A stretch of 64,000 nucleotides of DNA from Heterodontus francisci (GCF_036365525.1 NW_027140807.1:930001-994000); one strand, 5' to 3'; counted from the stretch's first letter, positions 11,984-25,347 are shown. The notes: generated by a model from the sequence alone, not told the origin. Program-made: numbers and translations.

Positions 11984-13492
11984 GTGAGTGAATGCATTCC
12001 TAACACTGGAAAAGTTGATTCAATTTGGGAATTCACGTGGGGTGGTCGAGGGGGTGAAAATGTAGAAATTTGGTGAATTAATTTCAATTCTTCAGCTTAC
12101 AAGGGGAGACCTACAACTGCCGAATTCGTTTCACTGTCGGGAAGGGTTTTGAGTAGATACATAAGGGAGGGTCGCTAAAATAAACAGAACAAACAGTAAT
12201 GTAGATACAAATAGAATGATTGCGCTTGTGAGAGCAAAACAAGAGGACACAGACATAGAACGAAAAATGTCAGATTGCATCGTTCAGTATGCAGTTCTGG
12301 TCTGCATATTTTGAAAGAAATGATGTAGAGGCTCTGGATAAGGTAAATCAGAACAAATTAACAGCTGTGCTGCCCAAACTGGGACGTTGTAACTATTGGG
12401 GAAGGTCGGACAGACTGGAACTCCTTTCTCGAGAGCAGTGAAGTTTGAGGGGTGACCTGGTCGAGGTCTGCACGATTTTGAAAGCGGTTTCGATAGGGTA
12501 GACACACAGAAGTTTTTTCCACTTGTGGGGAGACCAGAACGGGGGGATCACAAATGTCAGATAGTCAGTAATAAATTCAATGGGGAATTCAGGAGAAATT
12601 TCTTTACCCAGACAGTGGTGCGAATGTGGAACTCACTACCACAAGGAGTGGGTTTAAAAAAGTAGATTGGATAAAAAAAATTGGATTAAATGAAGGGGAT
12701 GAGAGGAGTCTCAAGTGGAGTGTAAACACTGGTATGGAGCAGATGGGCTGAATGGCCTGTTTGTGTGTTGTAAATTCTATGTAATTCTATATATTCCCTC
12801 TTGGCCTCGAGCAGCAATGGATGAAACTGTTTTGAGACACACTATTTTCAAGTTACTAATCGAACTGGTGAGCTATCCATATCCAGTGGACAATGAGGTG
12901 TCAAGGGCCCCATGAGCTTTCCTCATTCACCAGGATAATACCGGTATTCAAAGAGTTTAATTTCTGACGATGTGTTGTTTAAAGTAGGGTTGCAGTAAAT
13001 TGAGAATTGGAGATTCAGGAGTGATCCAATTGATGTGTTTAAGATAATGATAGGATCTGATATTTCCTCTGGTGTGACGGGTCCAGAACAAGAGAGCAAA
13101 ACCTTAAACTGATAGCTTGACCATTCAGGAGTGATGTCAAGAAGGACCTGTTTACAAAATGCCCTGTGGAATCCAGAAATCTCTCCCACAGAAAGCTGAG
13201 GGAGTCAGTCGAAAATTTCAAATGTGTGGTTGATGATTTTTTGATCGGCAAAGATGCTAAAGGTTATGGAACCAAGAAGGCAGGTCGAAGGCGTTAAGGT
13301 ACAATTGATTTATAATCTAATTAAATGTCGGAATAAGCACGAAGGGCTGAATGGTCTACTCCTGTTCCCCAGTTGCTATGTTCCTTTGGACAAAATTTCC
13401 TTATACTTGTCGGTTCTCCCTTATTATGAGGGGCTCCTTCGGAAAAGGACTCAAAGACAGGTGATGTTTTAATACATGAGTTTATCATTGTG

Positions 13493-13542
13493 CTCTGGTG
13501 ACATTTATTATTTCGGAGCTGGGACTAAACTCACTGTTTTAG
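13493..13542 (+). CDS. TRBJ: J1.4 SGDIYYFGAGTKLTVL
   Basis: FGxG; TGTTTTAAT-12-CATTGTG; GTAAGA donor. Confidence 0.93.
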
Positions 13543-13753
13543 GTAAGATTATGTTTGCACATGTAGATATTTATATATGTAAACATCTCTTTTCATCTGT
13601 AAGTCTTTCTATTTCTTTATCTATCAATGTACCTATCTATTTGTTGGTCTGTGGATCCATCTGTCTGTCTGTTTGTCCATCTACTTATCTATTTGTCTGT
13701 CCAAACATCTGTCTACCCATCGTTGTATTTTGGTATTGTTGTTTAGTGCAGTG

Positions 13754-13810
13754 CGGGCGGGTATACCAACCTGTTACATTTTGGGGACGGGTCCACGTTG
13801 ACGATTTTGG
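13754..13810 (+). CDS. TRBJ: J1.5 GGYTNLLHFGDGSTLTIL
   Basis: FGxG; TATTTTGGT-12-TGCAGTG; GTGAGT donor. Confidence 0.9.
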
Positions 13811-14154
13811 GTGAGTTCAGTTTCTTTGTTTTCAATGAAGCAAGGGTCACCTGTAAACATCTTGCAAGAAGGATTGAATGAATAATTGTGAGGGACTTAG
13901 AGAAAATCTCCTATTGTCAGGACTGCCACGGTGGATAACTGACGAACAGGTCCACATAGAGACGGGGCAGACAGTCTTGGGAATTCTGAGAGCTATAACT
14001 GCAAACTGCCTGGTTAGTCCACGAGTTTACATTAACTTACGGTTAGCTTGCGTTAACCAGAGGCCACTATCAAATATTAAGGAATGGCCCAGTGAGTTTC
14101 TTTTCTTCCAAAAGAGAGTTGGGGAATGTTTTTGTGATGTGAGGTGATGATGTG

Positions 14155-14212
14155 GGAGCAGGGGGTATTCAACCTATGTATTTTGGAGATGGCACTAAAT
14201 TAACTGTCCTGG
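14155..14212 (+). CDS. TRBJ: J1.6 GAGGIQPMYFGDGTKLTVL
   Basis: FGxG; TGTTTTTGT-12-TGATGTG; GTAAGT donor. Confidence 0.93.
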
Positions 14213-14952
14213 GTAAGTGAGACGTTAGTCAAAATACGTCTCTTACTAGCATTGAAAACGTCGACTAGTTTACTCTCTTCAATTTAAAGAAAGGAGAGAG
14301 AATGTGAAAACAGGCAAAAGAGTAAGCATTGCATTGAAGAAGCAAGAATGTAAATAGCTAAATGTAGGAGATTGGAGGAGGGCTGGTGAGAGAGGAATTT
14401 GCAACCAGAGATCATGGCTGATCTGATGTTGGCCTCGATCCCTCTTTCCTACCTGTTCTCCATAATCCTTGGCTCCGCTCTCCATCTCAGTTTGAATGCA
14501 TTCACGGACTCAGTATCCACAGCGCTCTGGAGGAGGGAATTCCAAAGATTCACGACTCCCTGATAGAAGAAATTCCTGCTCCACTCCGTCCTAAATGAGC
14601 GACCCCTCATTCTGAAACTGTGCCCTTTAATTCTACATGGGAACATTCTCTCAGCCTTTACCCTGTCAAGCGCCCTCAGAATCTTAGAATTTCCCAGAAG
14701 ATCATCTCCCATTCTTCTTAACTCCAGATGGAGAGAAAACAGCAGACAGAACTGGAGGGAGATGGGAAATTGGATTTAAAACAATAAAAAAAGAGACAGA
14801 GACGAGGAGATCAATTGCAGCAGAATGTAAGATAAAGAGCAATAGGGTGGAATAATGAAATAACACAATACAAAATGTTCCAACTATGTTCATTAACTAT
14901 TGTGTATCGAGTTGAAGAAACGCAAGTTGTGTTACAACAGTATAACATTGCG

Positions 14953-15004
14953 TCAGGCAACGATGGTTATACTTTTGGGGGCAGTTCAAAACTCATGGTT
15001 TTAG
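14953..15004 (+). pseudogene. TRBJ: J1.7 SGNDGYTFGGSSKLMVL (probably non-functional)
   Basis: Heptamer CATTGCG breaks the invariant CAC; FGGS replaces FGxG. Paralogue of J2.7. Confidence 0.8.
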
Positions 15005-17221
15005 GTAAATGATATAGAATCGAATTAGCTCTTCAAAGGAAAGTGGAATCAGAGGGATGTCTGGTTGAAATTTAAAATTATTCAAACCTAGTTGCGGATC
15101 TGAGGACCTTATATATAAACATACACCTTGTATTCGTGTTCAGACTCCATGCATTACTTCCGAGCCCCATATGGAATATTTCCTGAAACAAACTAGAGAC
15201 GTATTGTGTGGGAAATCGACATGTGATAAGTACCTTGGATATCAGAGGTTGAATGGTCTAATCCAGTCCCTAATGTGACTAAATCGGCGTAATGCGAGTT
15301 GATGATAGGAGTGAGGTACAGGGACAAATACGTGACGATCAAGAGATTTAGAATGAAGATTTGAGGAAGCTGGAAAGCACCTTCGTTGATGAAGGATTGA
15401 CGAGGAGTTGAGCAAGGGAGTTAAGCTGAACCTCGATGAATCGCTGGTTAGGTCCCAGCTGGAGAATTGTGAGTGTCACATGTTCGGATGGATGTCAAGG
15501 CCTTCGAGCGGTTGCACGAATGATTTATTCGACTGGTTCCAGCGATGAGGGGCTTCAGTTGCGTCTAGAGACTAGAGCAGAGAAAGTTAAGGGGGGATTT
15601 GACAGAGGTGTCCAAAGCAATGAAGGCTTTGGACACAGTACATGCTCAGAAACAATTTCCAATGCTCGAAGTGTTGGTAAACAAAGGACACAGAGTTGAG
15701 GTAATTGACAAAATAAACAGGGCTGAGATGAAGAATAAAACAATTATGGGGTTTGTTGTTATCTGGAATGCGCTGCCTGAAAGGGTGGTGGAAACAGACT
15801 CAATAGTAACTTTCAAAGGGCGACTGGACAAATACTTGAAGGGGAAATTATTTCCTCTGGTGGGTGGGTTAATAAACAAAGGTCAGATATTTAAAATCAT
15901 TGACAAAAGATCTACAAGGACAATTACTAGATTCCTTTTCACTCAGAGTTGTCAGAATTTGGGACACTCTAGCTGAAGCAGAATGCTGACTCTATGTTTA
16001 AATAGAAGTTACAGGAACATAGGATCATCGGTACACAGGAGCAGGAGTAGGCCATTCGGCCCCTCGAGTCTGCTCTGCCAATCAATGCGATCATGACTGA
16101 TCTGTGACCCAACTCCATATACCCCCATTGCCCCATAATCCCTTAATAGCTGTGGTTAACAAAAATCTATCAATGTGAGATTTAAAATTGACAATTTTTT
16201 CCAGCAGAAGAGACTTCCAAACTTCTACCATCCTTTATGTGAAAAGATGTTTTCTAATTTCACGCCTGAAAAGTTCTGGCTTTAATTCTTAAACTCTGCC
16301 CCGTCGATCTAGACTGCCCAACCAATGGAGATCGTTTCTCTCTATCTACATCATGCATTCCCCTTAATATCTTGAAAACTTTGCTCAAACCACCCTTTAA
16401 CCTTCTCTTTTTTAAAGAATAGGAAATGTGTCATCTTTCCTTGCAATTTAACCCTTGGCGTCCAGGTATCAGTCTGTTTAATCTACACTACACTTCCCCC
16501 AAGACCAACATATCCTTCCTAATGTCTGGTGCCCATAAATGCTCGGAGTAACTCCAGATGTGCTGTAACCAGGGCTCTGTATAGCTGAAACACGACTTCT
16601 ACCTCATTCTACCTATCAACTATTTTGCTTTACTCTTAACTGCTTTCTGAAATAGCCACTCAGTTGACAAGGGCAACTAGGGATGGGTAACAAATGCTGG
16701 CCTTGTCAGCGACGCCCACATCCCATGAAGGAGTTTTTAAAAAGCGCCTCAACATCCTCCAGCCCCCTACAACCCTCTCTATGTCTGTAACCACCTCCAG
16801 TCCTGACAACCCTCCCTATGTCTATAACCTCCTCCATGCCCCTACATCCCTTCCTATCTCAGTAACCTCCTCCAGCCCCTGCAACCCCTCCTATCTCTGT
16901 AACCTCCTCCAGCCTCTACAACTCTCCGAGATCTTTGTGATCCTGAAATTCTGGACTGTCCGATTTCCATCAATCCACCATTGACAGCTGTGCACTTAAC
17001 CACTCAGCTCTGCACCTTTCTTTCCATCCACCTTGATGATATTGAGATACATGATCTTTTTGCATGTCGGATCCCACTCGAAGGGCTGAACGGTCAATTT
17101 ATGCTCTCGTGCTGCTGTCAGCCAATACTCCTGTACTTGTAGGTTCTCCATTGTTGTGAAAGGCTCTCTTGGGATAGAACCACAGAGAGGTGAGAGGTTT
17201 TATTCAGGGATTTAGCTTTTG

Positions 17222-17263
17222 CTATGCTGATATTAATACTTCGGAACTGGATCTAAGTTTTAG
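17222..17263 (+). pseudogene. TRBJ: J1.8 pseudogene (copy of J2.4)
   Basis: Aligns by eye to 22861-22917 but has a damaged heptamer, a frameshift before FGTG and a deletion before the donor. Confidence 0.8.
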
Positions 17264-17422
17264 GTAATATCCCATCGACATAAATGTGCAAATATCCATT
17301 GTTCGATCGATCCACAATGTATCTGTGCATCCATCCATGTGTTTAGATATCGATACATTACTTGTTTGAGACTGTACCTGTCTACCCAACGCTGTGTTTT
17401 GGTACTGTTGTTTAGTATAGTG

Positions 17423-17473
17423 TCGGCGGGAACACCCAGCATTTTGGGGAAGGCTGGACTCTAACAGTTTTGG
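17423..17473 (+). CDS. TRBJ: J1.9 GGNTQHFGEGWTLTVL (open frame; copy of J2.5)
   Basis: FGxG; TGTTTTGGT-12-TATAGTG; GTGAGT donor; unusual Trp after FGEG. Confidence 0.82.
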
Positions 17474-17994
17474 GTGAGTTAGATGTTTATTCGATTAAGC
17501 CAGGATGGCTGGGTTCATATTGCCTGTGCCATGCAAATGTTCCGTCCATGGCTCTCTGCTCCTTTTCTCCAGCAGGAGAGATGAGAATGACAAGGGAAAA
17601 AGGTAGGTAAGGCGGTTTCCCATTACTTTAGTTTGACCAAGACGATAACTGAACCCCTGCTGTTGACATTGCTCTGAATCACACGTGAGCCATCCAGCTA
17701 ACTGAACTATTCGGTCCCCATCCTGCATGCACAACTTACTTAATAATTATGACGAACTCCAAGTAAAATTTTCCAGTATTGTCAGAGCTGTATCTGTGGA
17801 CATCTGACTAACTGGTCCATACATTGATGGAGAGCCAGTATTGGGAATGTTGCTAGTTTTAATTGCCAAACACCCTGGTTAGTTTATGAGTTTACTTTGG
17901 CCTATGTCACTCAAAGGCCCATATCAAATATTAATGATAGGGACAATGCAAATAAGCAGGACGCTATTGAGGAATGTTGTGACATGGTGATGTG

Positions 17995-18052
17995 GGAGCA
18001 GGAAGTAACCATCCATCATATTTTGGAGATGCCACGAAGTTAACGGTCCTGG
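17995..18052 (+). pseudogene. TRBJ: J1.10 GAGSNHPSYFGDATKLTVL (copy of J2.6, nonamer deleted)
   Basis: FGDA replaces FGxG. The TGTTTTCGT nonamer seen at 23652 is missing here. Confidence 0.8.
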
Positions 18053-19659
18053 GTGAGTAGAATATTGGTCGAAATATATCAGTGGGCTCAATCAGCACTG
18101 AAACTGTTGGGCAGTTTGCTCCCTTCCGTTTGAAGAAAGGGGAGAGAACATGAAATTTGTAAAAATAAACCGTAAGCATTACAGTAAAGAAGCAAAGGTT
18201 AAAACAATTAAACATAGAGGAAAGGCGAGGTGGAGAATGGAGGAAGGCTAGGGAGGCAACCATATACAGAGAGACACAGATGGGGAGCAAAATACAGACA
18301 AAAATGAACAGGAAACGTCATTGTTAATTCGTGCTGGGATGCATTTATTGGCCACCCATAATTGCCTTCTGAGTGGTTTGTTAGGCCATGTTTTTATTCT
18401 TGTCATGGGATGTGGGCACCGATGGCAAGGCCAACATTTGTTGCCCATCCCTAATTGCCCTTGAACTGAGTGCTTTGCAATTTCAGAGGGCAGTTAACAG
18501 TCAACTGCATGCTGCAGGTTTGGAGTCCCATATAAGATGGTAGATGGGTTTTTATGACAATCGACGACAGTTTCATGGCACCCTGACAGATTTTTATGAA
18601 TCAGCTGAATTTAAATCCCATCTGCGGCCATTTGAATTCACACAACCAGAACACTAACCCGGGCTGCAGGATTACTAGCCCAGCAACATTATCATTTTGC
18701 TAGCGTCACGCCTGCGTTCAATGTGGTTTAGGTATTTCCACAGTGTTGTTAAGGAAGGAGTTCATTTTTTGACCCATTTTCTCAGAGGGCGGATTATTCA
18801 TTTTCAAACATTGCTCAAATCCCCCCAGAAATGTGTCATCAAGCCAGTGGTGATACTGAACACGAGCCTCCTCTCCACCCCCCCCCCCCCCAACTAGACC
18901 ATCTAAACTTCTATTCCTTTCTCCCTCATGTCAGGTGCATGGCGATGGGGGTTGGTGTGCAATGAGATCTGCAGGAATGATAACAGCACCGCGCACATCA
19001 ACACGACACCTGGGAATCTTGCACTAGTTTGGCAGACATGGGTCTCTCTGAGTGATAAGATAAGAGATAGCAGTGTGAACGATTTACTGTCTAGAGTCAG
19101 TGGCTTCTGTTTGAGGTCCCGTGGCCGGTATGTCCTGAGGTCCTGCACGTTGTAGAAGAGAGAATGCGGATCATGAAGCGGGTAAGGGATGGGGGAGGGG
19201 GAAGGGGAGAAGGGGTGCAACAGGGAGATGGAATGGAGAGAGAGAAAGCAAGAGAGAAAGCAAGCAAGAAAAAAAACCATGAAAGGAAGGAAGGGAGGAA
19301 GGACGGAAGGACGGAAGGGAAGGAAGGAAGGAAGGAAGTAGAGGAAAGGAAGGAGGCTTGAGTGGATGAATGGGCCTGTTACTGTGTAAGCAGCTCAAGA
19401 GGGGCTGAATGGGCCTCCTCTTCTTCCTGTGTAACAAGGTCTAGAGGGGCTGAATGGCCTCCTGCTGCACCTGTGTAGCAGGCTGACAAGGGGCGGACTG
19501 GCCACCTCCTGTTCCTGCTAACAGTTTTGAGACGGAATGAACGGCCTTTAATTATGGTCCAAAGGACTAAAAAACTTTCAGCAGCTCAATCTAAACTGAC
19601 TTCACCAAGTGAAGCCCTCGGGAGTCTTTTGAGAGGCAGGGCCTTGCAAAATTCGCGTT

Positions 19660-19739
19660 CTTTTTTGTATGAGTGTCGATCACCGTGGGGACAGGGGGGA
19701 CACTGTGATAGAATCCAATGCAGCCTCCGTACAAAAACC
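19660..19739 (+). other. TRBD: TCR beta D2 segment GGGACAGGGGGGA (19688-19700) with 12/23 RSS
   Basis: CTTTTTTGT-12-CACCGTG | D | CACTGTG-23-ACAAAAACC. The core GGGACAGGGGG is the pan-vertebrate Dbeta motif. Confidence 0.97.
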
Positions 19740-20223
19740 TCGCTCTGCACACCTCGAGGAAGATTAGCAGAAGAGCAGTGGCAACAGAGTAAACGAATAA
19801 ACATCTCCTCTGGATTATGGCGGGAGCTGGGCACTTTCAATCTTGTAGATGCCTCAGAATGGTCCAGCTTTATAACGTCGAGCATTCCTCTGGAAAAGAG
19901 AATAACTGTGTGTTATTTGTGTGAAAACTTGTTACTCTTCAACCCCTGAAACACCACCCCGGTGTCCGGGGACCAATATTGATCCCTCAACCAACATCAC
20001 AATGATCTACTCATTCATCTCACTGCTGCTTGATGGGACTTCCTTGGTCCAATATCAGTTGCTCTGTCTCCCTGTGGTGACCACTTCCTAAACAAACTGC
20101 TTCATTGGCTGTAAGCTGCTTTGTGCGTCCTGATTGTCTTGACCAGTGCTTCCTAAACGCTGAGCAGGTCACTTTTAGCAAACTGTTTTCGACTGGGTTC
20201 GTGCAACATGATTTGCTGATGTG

Positions 20224-20274
20224 CTACCAGCACACCACTCAATTTCGGGACCGGCACCAAACTGACGGTGTTAG
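20224..20274 (+). CDS. TRBJ: J2.1 TSTPLNFGTGTKLTVL
   Basis: FGxG; GGTTCGTGC-12-TGATGTG; GT donor. Confidence 0.92.
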
Positions 20275-20644
20275 GTAAGATAAAGGGGTATTTTGTTCTC
20301 TCTACCTTCATGTCTAGCTGTGTGCATTCCAAGCTTACTGCGCCGCCACCGCCCCCCCCCCTCCTCCCCGGACAGTTTAACGAGTTAGGCAGCCGGTTAG
20401 ATCTGTCTCATGACCGCCGAGAATTGCGCCTAATTTGCCTCCTGCCACAAGCGTCTGTTTGTCACTTTGGCGGGGTGTTTCTCTCCCCTGGATGACACTG
20501 GCCCTTCCTTCTGGTTCGCAAAGACCAGTCCAACGGGACACCCGCTTGGTGATGTGTTCCACGGTAAACCGCCCGGCACAGACCCGTTTAGTTACAAGAG
20601 GAACAGTTCCCGGGCCTGTTCATGACTTGGTTTCGACCATTGTG

Positions 20645-20692
20645 CAGGAAGCATAGCTTACTTCGGCGACGGGACCAAGTTAACAGTTTTAG
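20645..20692 (+). CDS. TRBJ: J2.2 GSIAYFGDGTKLTVL
   Basis: FGxG; TGTTCATGA-12-CATTGTG; GT donor. Confidence 0.93.
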
Positions 20693-21281
20693 GTAAGGGA
20701 CTCTGTTCTTCCGATCAGATTAACATCTAGGTTTATATGCGGTTAAAAAATCACGGGGATTACGTTCAGATATTAGATGCAGAAAGGGGTTAAATCTTGA
20801 GGACTGGTAACTCAGACTGGTGACAGTCCCTTGAATCTAGATCATTAAAGGGCTGATATAATCGAGGTGCTTGATGTGTTGGATAGAGAGAGAGAAACTG
20901 CTTCTTCAGTTTGGGGGGAGTCCAGAACAATTTAAATTCCAGCCGTTCAGGGGTGATATCAGGAACTCTCCCCGCACCCCCACAACAAAATAAAATACTG
21001 TTGAGACTGGTGGTCAATTGATAAGTTCAAATCCAAGATTGTTAGAGTTTTGTTAAACAGAGGTATTGAGGGTTACAGAACCAAGGTGGGATGATGGAGT
21101 TAAGATTCAGATCAACCCTGATCTAATTGAATGGTGGAACAGGCTAGAAGGGCTGAACGGCCACCTCCTGTCCCCCTGTTCCAACACCCTTTACGGGCCA
21201 TTGACACAGTCCGAACTTCAATGGAACAGACTGAACAATCTAGACTTGAGGGGGATTTTGCGACAGCCCCATACCATTGTG

Positions 21282-21331
21282 TAACGTTGGAGAAGCATAT
21301 TTCGGTGATGGGACCAAACTGGTGGTTTTAG
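21282..21331 (+). CDS. TRBJ: J2.3 NVGEAYFGDGTKLVVL
   Basis: FGxG; GATTTTGCG-12-CATTGTG; GTGAGT donor. Confidence 0.93.
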
Positions 21332-22867
21332 GTGAGTGAATGCCTTCCAAACACTGGAAAAGTTGATTCAATTCGGGAATTCACGTGGGGTGGTTGTGGG
21401 AGTGAATATTTAGGAATTCGGTGAATTAATTTCGACTCTTGGGCTTACAAAGGGAGACCTACAACTGCTGAATTCATTTGGAAAGGGGTTTGAGTGGGGA
21501 CATAAGGAAGGGTCTCTAAAATAAACAGTACAAACAGCAATGTAGCTGCAAATGAGAACAAAACAAGAGGACACAGACACAGAACGAAAACTGTCAGATT
21601 CAATTCTTCAGTATGCCGTTATGAACTGCATATGATTAAAAAAGCAGAGGCTCTGGATAGAGCAAAACAAAACATATTTACAAGTGTGCTCCCAAAATTG
21701 AGAGGATATAACCACAGGTCAAGAATGAAGAGGCTGGTGCTGTTTTCTCCAGAAAAGAGAAGGCAGAGGGGATAACCTGATCGAGGTCTTTATGATTATG
21801 ACAGAGGCAAGATGATTCCACTTGTTGAGGAGACCAGAACCAGGGGACCATCAATATAAGACAGTCACTAATAAATCAAATATGGAATTCAGGAGAAGCC
21901 TTTTCAACCAGAGAGTGGCGAGAATGTGGAACTCACTACCACAGGGAGTGGGCTGAGGCGAATAGCAGAGATGTATTTAAGAGGGAAGCTGGATAAACAT
22001 ATGGGGGAGAAAGGAATAAAAGGACCTTTTAAAAGGATGGGGTGAGATGAAGAGGGTGTGAGAAGGATCATGTGGAGCATTTAATCGGCTAGGACGTAGT
22101 GGGCTGAATGGTCTGGTTCGCTGCTGAATCCTCGATATGATTTGATGTATTCCCCATTATCCTAAAGCGTTTGAATGGATGAGAAGTATCAAAGGGGATT
22201 TTTTTGATTGTGAATGGACACTGGGTGTTGAATGCACATTGAACGGCCTGGGGAACGTGAGCGGAAAGTCCAGGGCAGATTGCAAATGATCTTTCCTCAT
22301 TTACCAGAATGATGCCGGGATTAAATTATGGGGGCAGGTTGCTTGGAGATGTTGAGCATTGGAGATTGAGGATTGATCCAACTGATGTGTTTAAGATAAT
22401 GAGAGGATTCGATAGGGTAGATAGAGCTGCAATTTACACGGGTGTCAGAGCCCAGAACAAGGGTGAGGGTGGAGGGGAGCATTAGCTTAACATCAAAGCT
22501 TGGCCGTTCAGGGGTGATGCCAGAAAGGACATAACTGAACAAACGGTGGTGGAAATCTGGGCCTCTCTCCCCTATGAAACTGCTGAGGCCACAGGGTCAA
22601 TTGTCACTTCCCAATCTGAGAATGATAGAGCCTTGTTAGGAAAAGGGTTTGGAACACAAACAGGCTGATGGGGTTACAATACAGATGAGTCATGACCTCA
22701 CTGAATGCCAGAACAAGCTCGACGGGCTGAATGGCCTACTCCAGCTACAGTATTTCTATGTTCCTTTGTGCCAATACTCCTGTAGGTTCTTTCTAGTTGT
22801 GAAAGGCTCCTTCAGGACAAGAATCAGAGAGAGGTGAGAGGTTTTGACGCAGGGATTTAGCTTTGTG

Positions 22868-22917
22868 CTCTTCTGATATTTACTACTTCGGAGCTGGTAC
22901 CAAGTTAACTGTTTTAG
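22868..22917 (+). CDS. TRBJ: J2.4 SSDIYYFGAGTKLTVL
   Basis: FGxG; GGTTTTGAC-12-CTTTGTG; GT donor. Confidence 0.93.
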
Positions 22918-23072
22918 GTACGTTACCGTCGATATAAACATCTATTATTCCATCATCCACAATGTATCGGTCTGTGTATCCATCTTTATGTTTATCGATC
23001 TACGTAGCTACTTTTCTGTCGGTGTATCGGTCTATCCAAAGGTGTGTTTTGGTAATGTTGTTCAGCATAGTG

Positions 23073-23129
23073 CAGGCGGGAGCGACCAGCCTTTACATTT
23101 TGGAGAAGGTTCGGCTCTAACAGTATTGG
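23073..23129 (+). CDS. TRBJ: J2.5 GGSDQPLHFGEGSALTVL
   Basis: FGxG; TGTTTTGGT-12-CATAGTG; GTGAGT donor. Confidence 0.93.
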
Positions 23130-23679
23130 GTGAGTTAGACCTTCATTCAATGAAGCCAGGGATGCTGGGTTCATCTTGTCTGTGCAGGCTGGTGGTCATC
23201 TGATGTACTGGCTCTCTGCTCCTTTTCTCCAGCAGGAGAGAGGAGCATGAATGTGGAGCAGTGTCTATGAGGAGGCTTCCCCTTGCCTTCCCCAGACACG
23301 GTGAGAAATGAACCCGTTCTGTAAGCATTGTTCTAACTGGCACGTTCGCCAACTGAGCTATCTGGTCCCCAACTTGTGTGTAGAAGTTAATTAATAATTA
23401 TGAAGAACTCCATGTAAAATCTTCCTGTATTATAAGCACTGTATCTGTGGACATCTAACATATTCACAGATGGATGGATAGACGGTACTGTGAATGTTGC
23501 TAGCTTTAATGGTCAAGCCCCCCCTCCCCCACCTCCCCACCCGGTTATTTTATGCGTGTACTTTGTTGTATGGTCAGCTCATGTTAGTCAAAGGGCAATA
23601 TCAAATATTAATGAAATGGACACTGAAAACTGGCAGGGCGCTATTGAGGAATGTTTTCGTGTTGTCACATGATGATGTG

Positions 23680-23737
23680 GGTGCAGGAAATACCCAGCTA
23701 TCATATTTTGGAGACGGCACTAAGTTAACAGTCCTGG
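23680..23737 (+). CDS. TRBJ: J2.6 GAGNTQLSYFGDGTKLTVL
   Basis: FGxG; TGTTTTCGT-12-TGATGTG; GTGAGT donor. Confidence 0.93.
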
Positions 23738-24170
23738 GTGAGTGAGATATTTGTTGAAACATATCAGTGGTCTCAGTAAGTATTAAAACTGTCGGCCGGT
23801 TTGCTCCTGTCAGTTTGAAGAAAGGGGAGAGAACGTAAACTTTAGAAAAAAACAAAGAGTAACGAAGCAACAGTTAAAACAACTAAACATAGGGGAATGG
23901 CGAGGTGGAAATGGAGGAAGGTTAGGGAGGCAAACCATATCTGCAGAGAGACAGATTGGGAGCAAAATGCAGGCAAAAGGGGACGGAGAATTAGAGAGAA
24001 AAAGTTGGGAGAGGTAGAGACAAAGACAAAAGAAATGACAAAAAGAGGTAAAGAGGGAAAGGGCGGGGTAATAAATGCCACCCAATACAAAATGATGCAA
24101 CTATGCATAATTAACCGGCGTGTAGAGAGTTAAAGATTCCTTAGCTTTGTTGCAACTGTGTAACATTGTG

Positions 24171-24222
24171 TCAGGGAACAATGACTACACATTTGGCGAT
24201 GGCACAAACCTCGTGGTTTTAG
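24171..24222 (+). CDS. TRBJ: J2.7 SGNNDYTFGDGTNLVVL
   Basis: FGxG; AGCTTTGTT-12-CATTGTG; GT donor. Confidence 0.92.
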
Positions 24223-25297
24223 GTAACTGATTAACGTGGCGTCAGTGAGAATCATTCCGCACGGTCTGATATGGTATAGTCTGATTGAAATTTACAAGAT
24301 TAATATATGAAGATAACACTAATCATATTCCCTATTCAGGTGCCACCCGTTTCTTAACAATGACCGATTGTGTGTGTGGAAATCAACAAGTGATAGCTAT
24401 CTGAAAAAGCAGACTCTGAATGGCCTACCACTGCCCCTAATGTTACTCTATCGGTTTAATGCGAGGAGTGAGAAAGAGAGAGAGCTAGGTTAAAAAAAGA
24501 GACTAGATGTTTGGAATGACCAGTTGATGATTCTGGAATGCACCATCATTGATTAAAGATTCACGAGGAGTTGAGTAAGGAAGTGAGGATTAACATTTAC
24601 AAATCACTGGTTCGGTCCCAGCTGGAGTATTGTGTTCGGTTCTCGGTACCACACTTTATGAAGGATGTCGAGGCCTTAGATTGGGAGCAGAAATGATTCA
24701 CCAGAATTGTACCAGAGATGAGGGACCTCAGATAGTTGCAGAGACTGGAGAACCTGGGCTTGTTCTCCTTCAAACAGAGAAGGTTAAAGGGAGATTGAAA
24801 AGAGGTGTTCAAATTAATGAAGGTTTTGGATCGAGTTAATAATCAGAAACAGTCTCCATTGGTAGAAGGGTCGGTAACCAGAGGACACAGGTTTTGAGGC
24901 AATTAACAAAAAGGACCAGAGGCGGGATGAAGAGACATTCTCCCACAGAGGTAGTTACTGTGATCGGGAAGGCACATCTGAAATGGTGGTGGAAGTTGGT
25001 TCAGTTGTGACTTTCAAAATGGGAATTGGATAGATACTCGAAGGGAAATATACTGGACTATGGGAAAACTCTTTCATAAAGTCAGCACAGGACCTTCGGG
25101 CCGAATGGTCTCCCCTTCTGCGCTGCATATTTCTATGATTCTATGAGCTTGTTCATTGAGCCACAAATGTAAATTAGGAGATATATAAATTAAGGAGATG
25201 TGATCTACAAACGCTTTCGAGGACAGGGTCCAAGTATGATATCGGCAAGACCTGCACCTTGCCTTATGAGGTTTTGTTACAAGGGTCTCTCACTGTG

Positions 25298-25347
25298 TTC
25301 TGGCTATCAATATTACTTCGGTGGCGGCACCAAGTTACTTGTGACAG
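25298..25347 (+). CDS. TRBJ: J2.8 SGYQYYFGGGTKLLVT
   Basis: FGxG; GGTTTTGTT-12-CACTGTG; GTGAGT donor. Confidence 0.95.
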
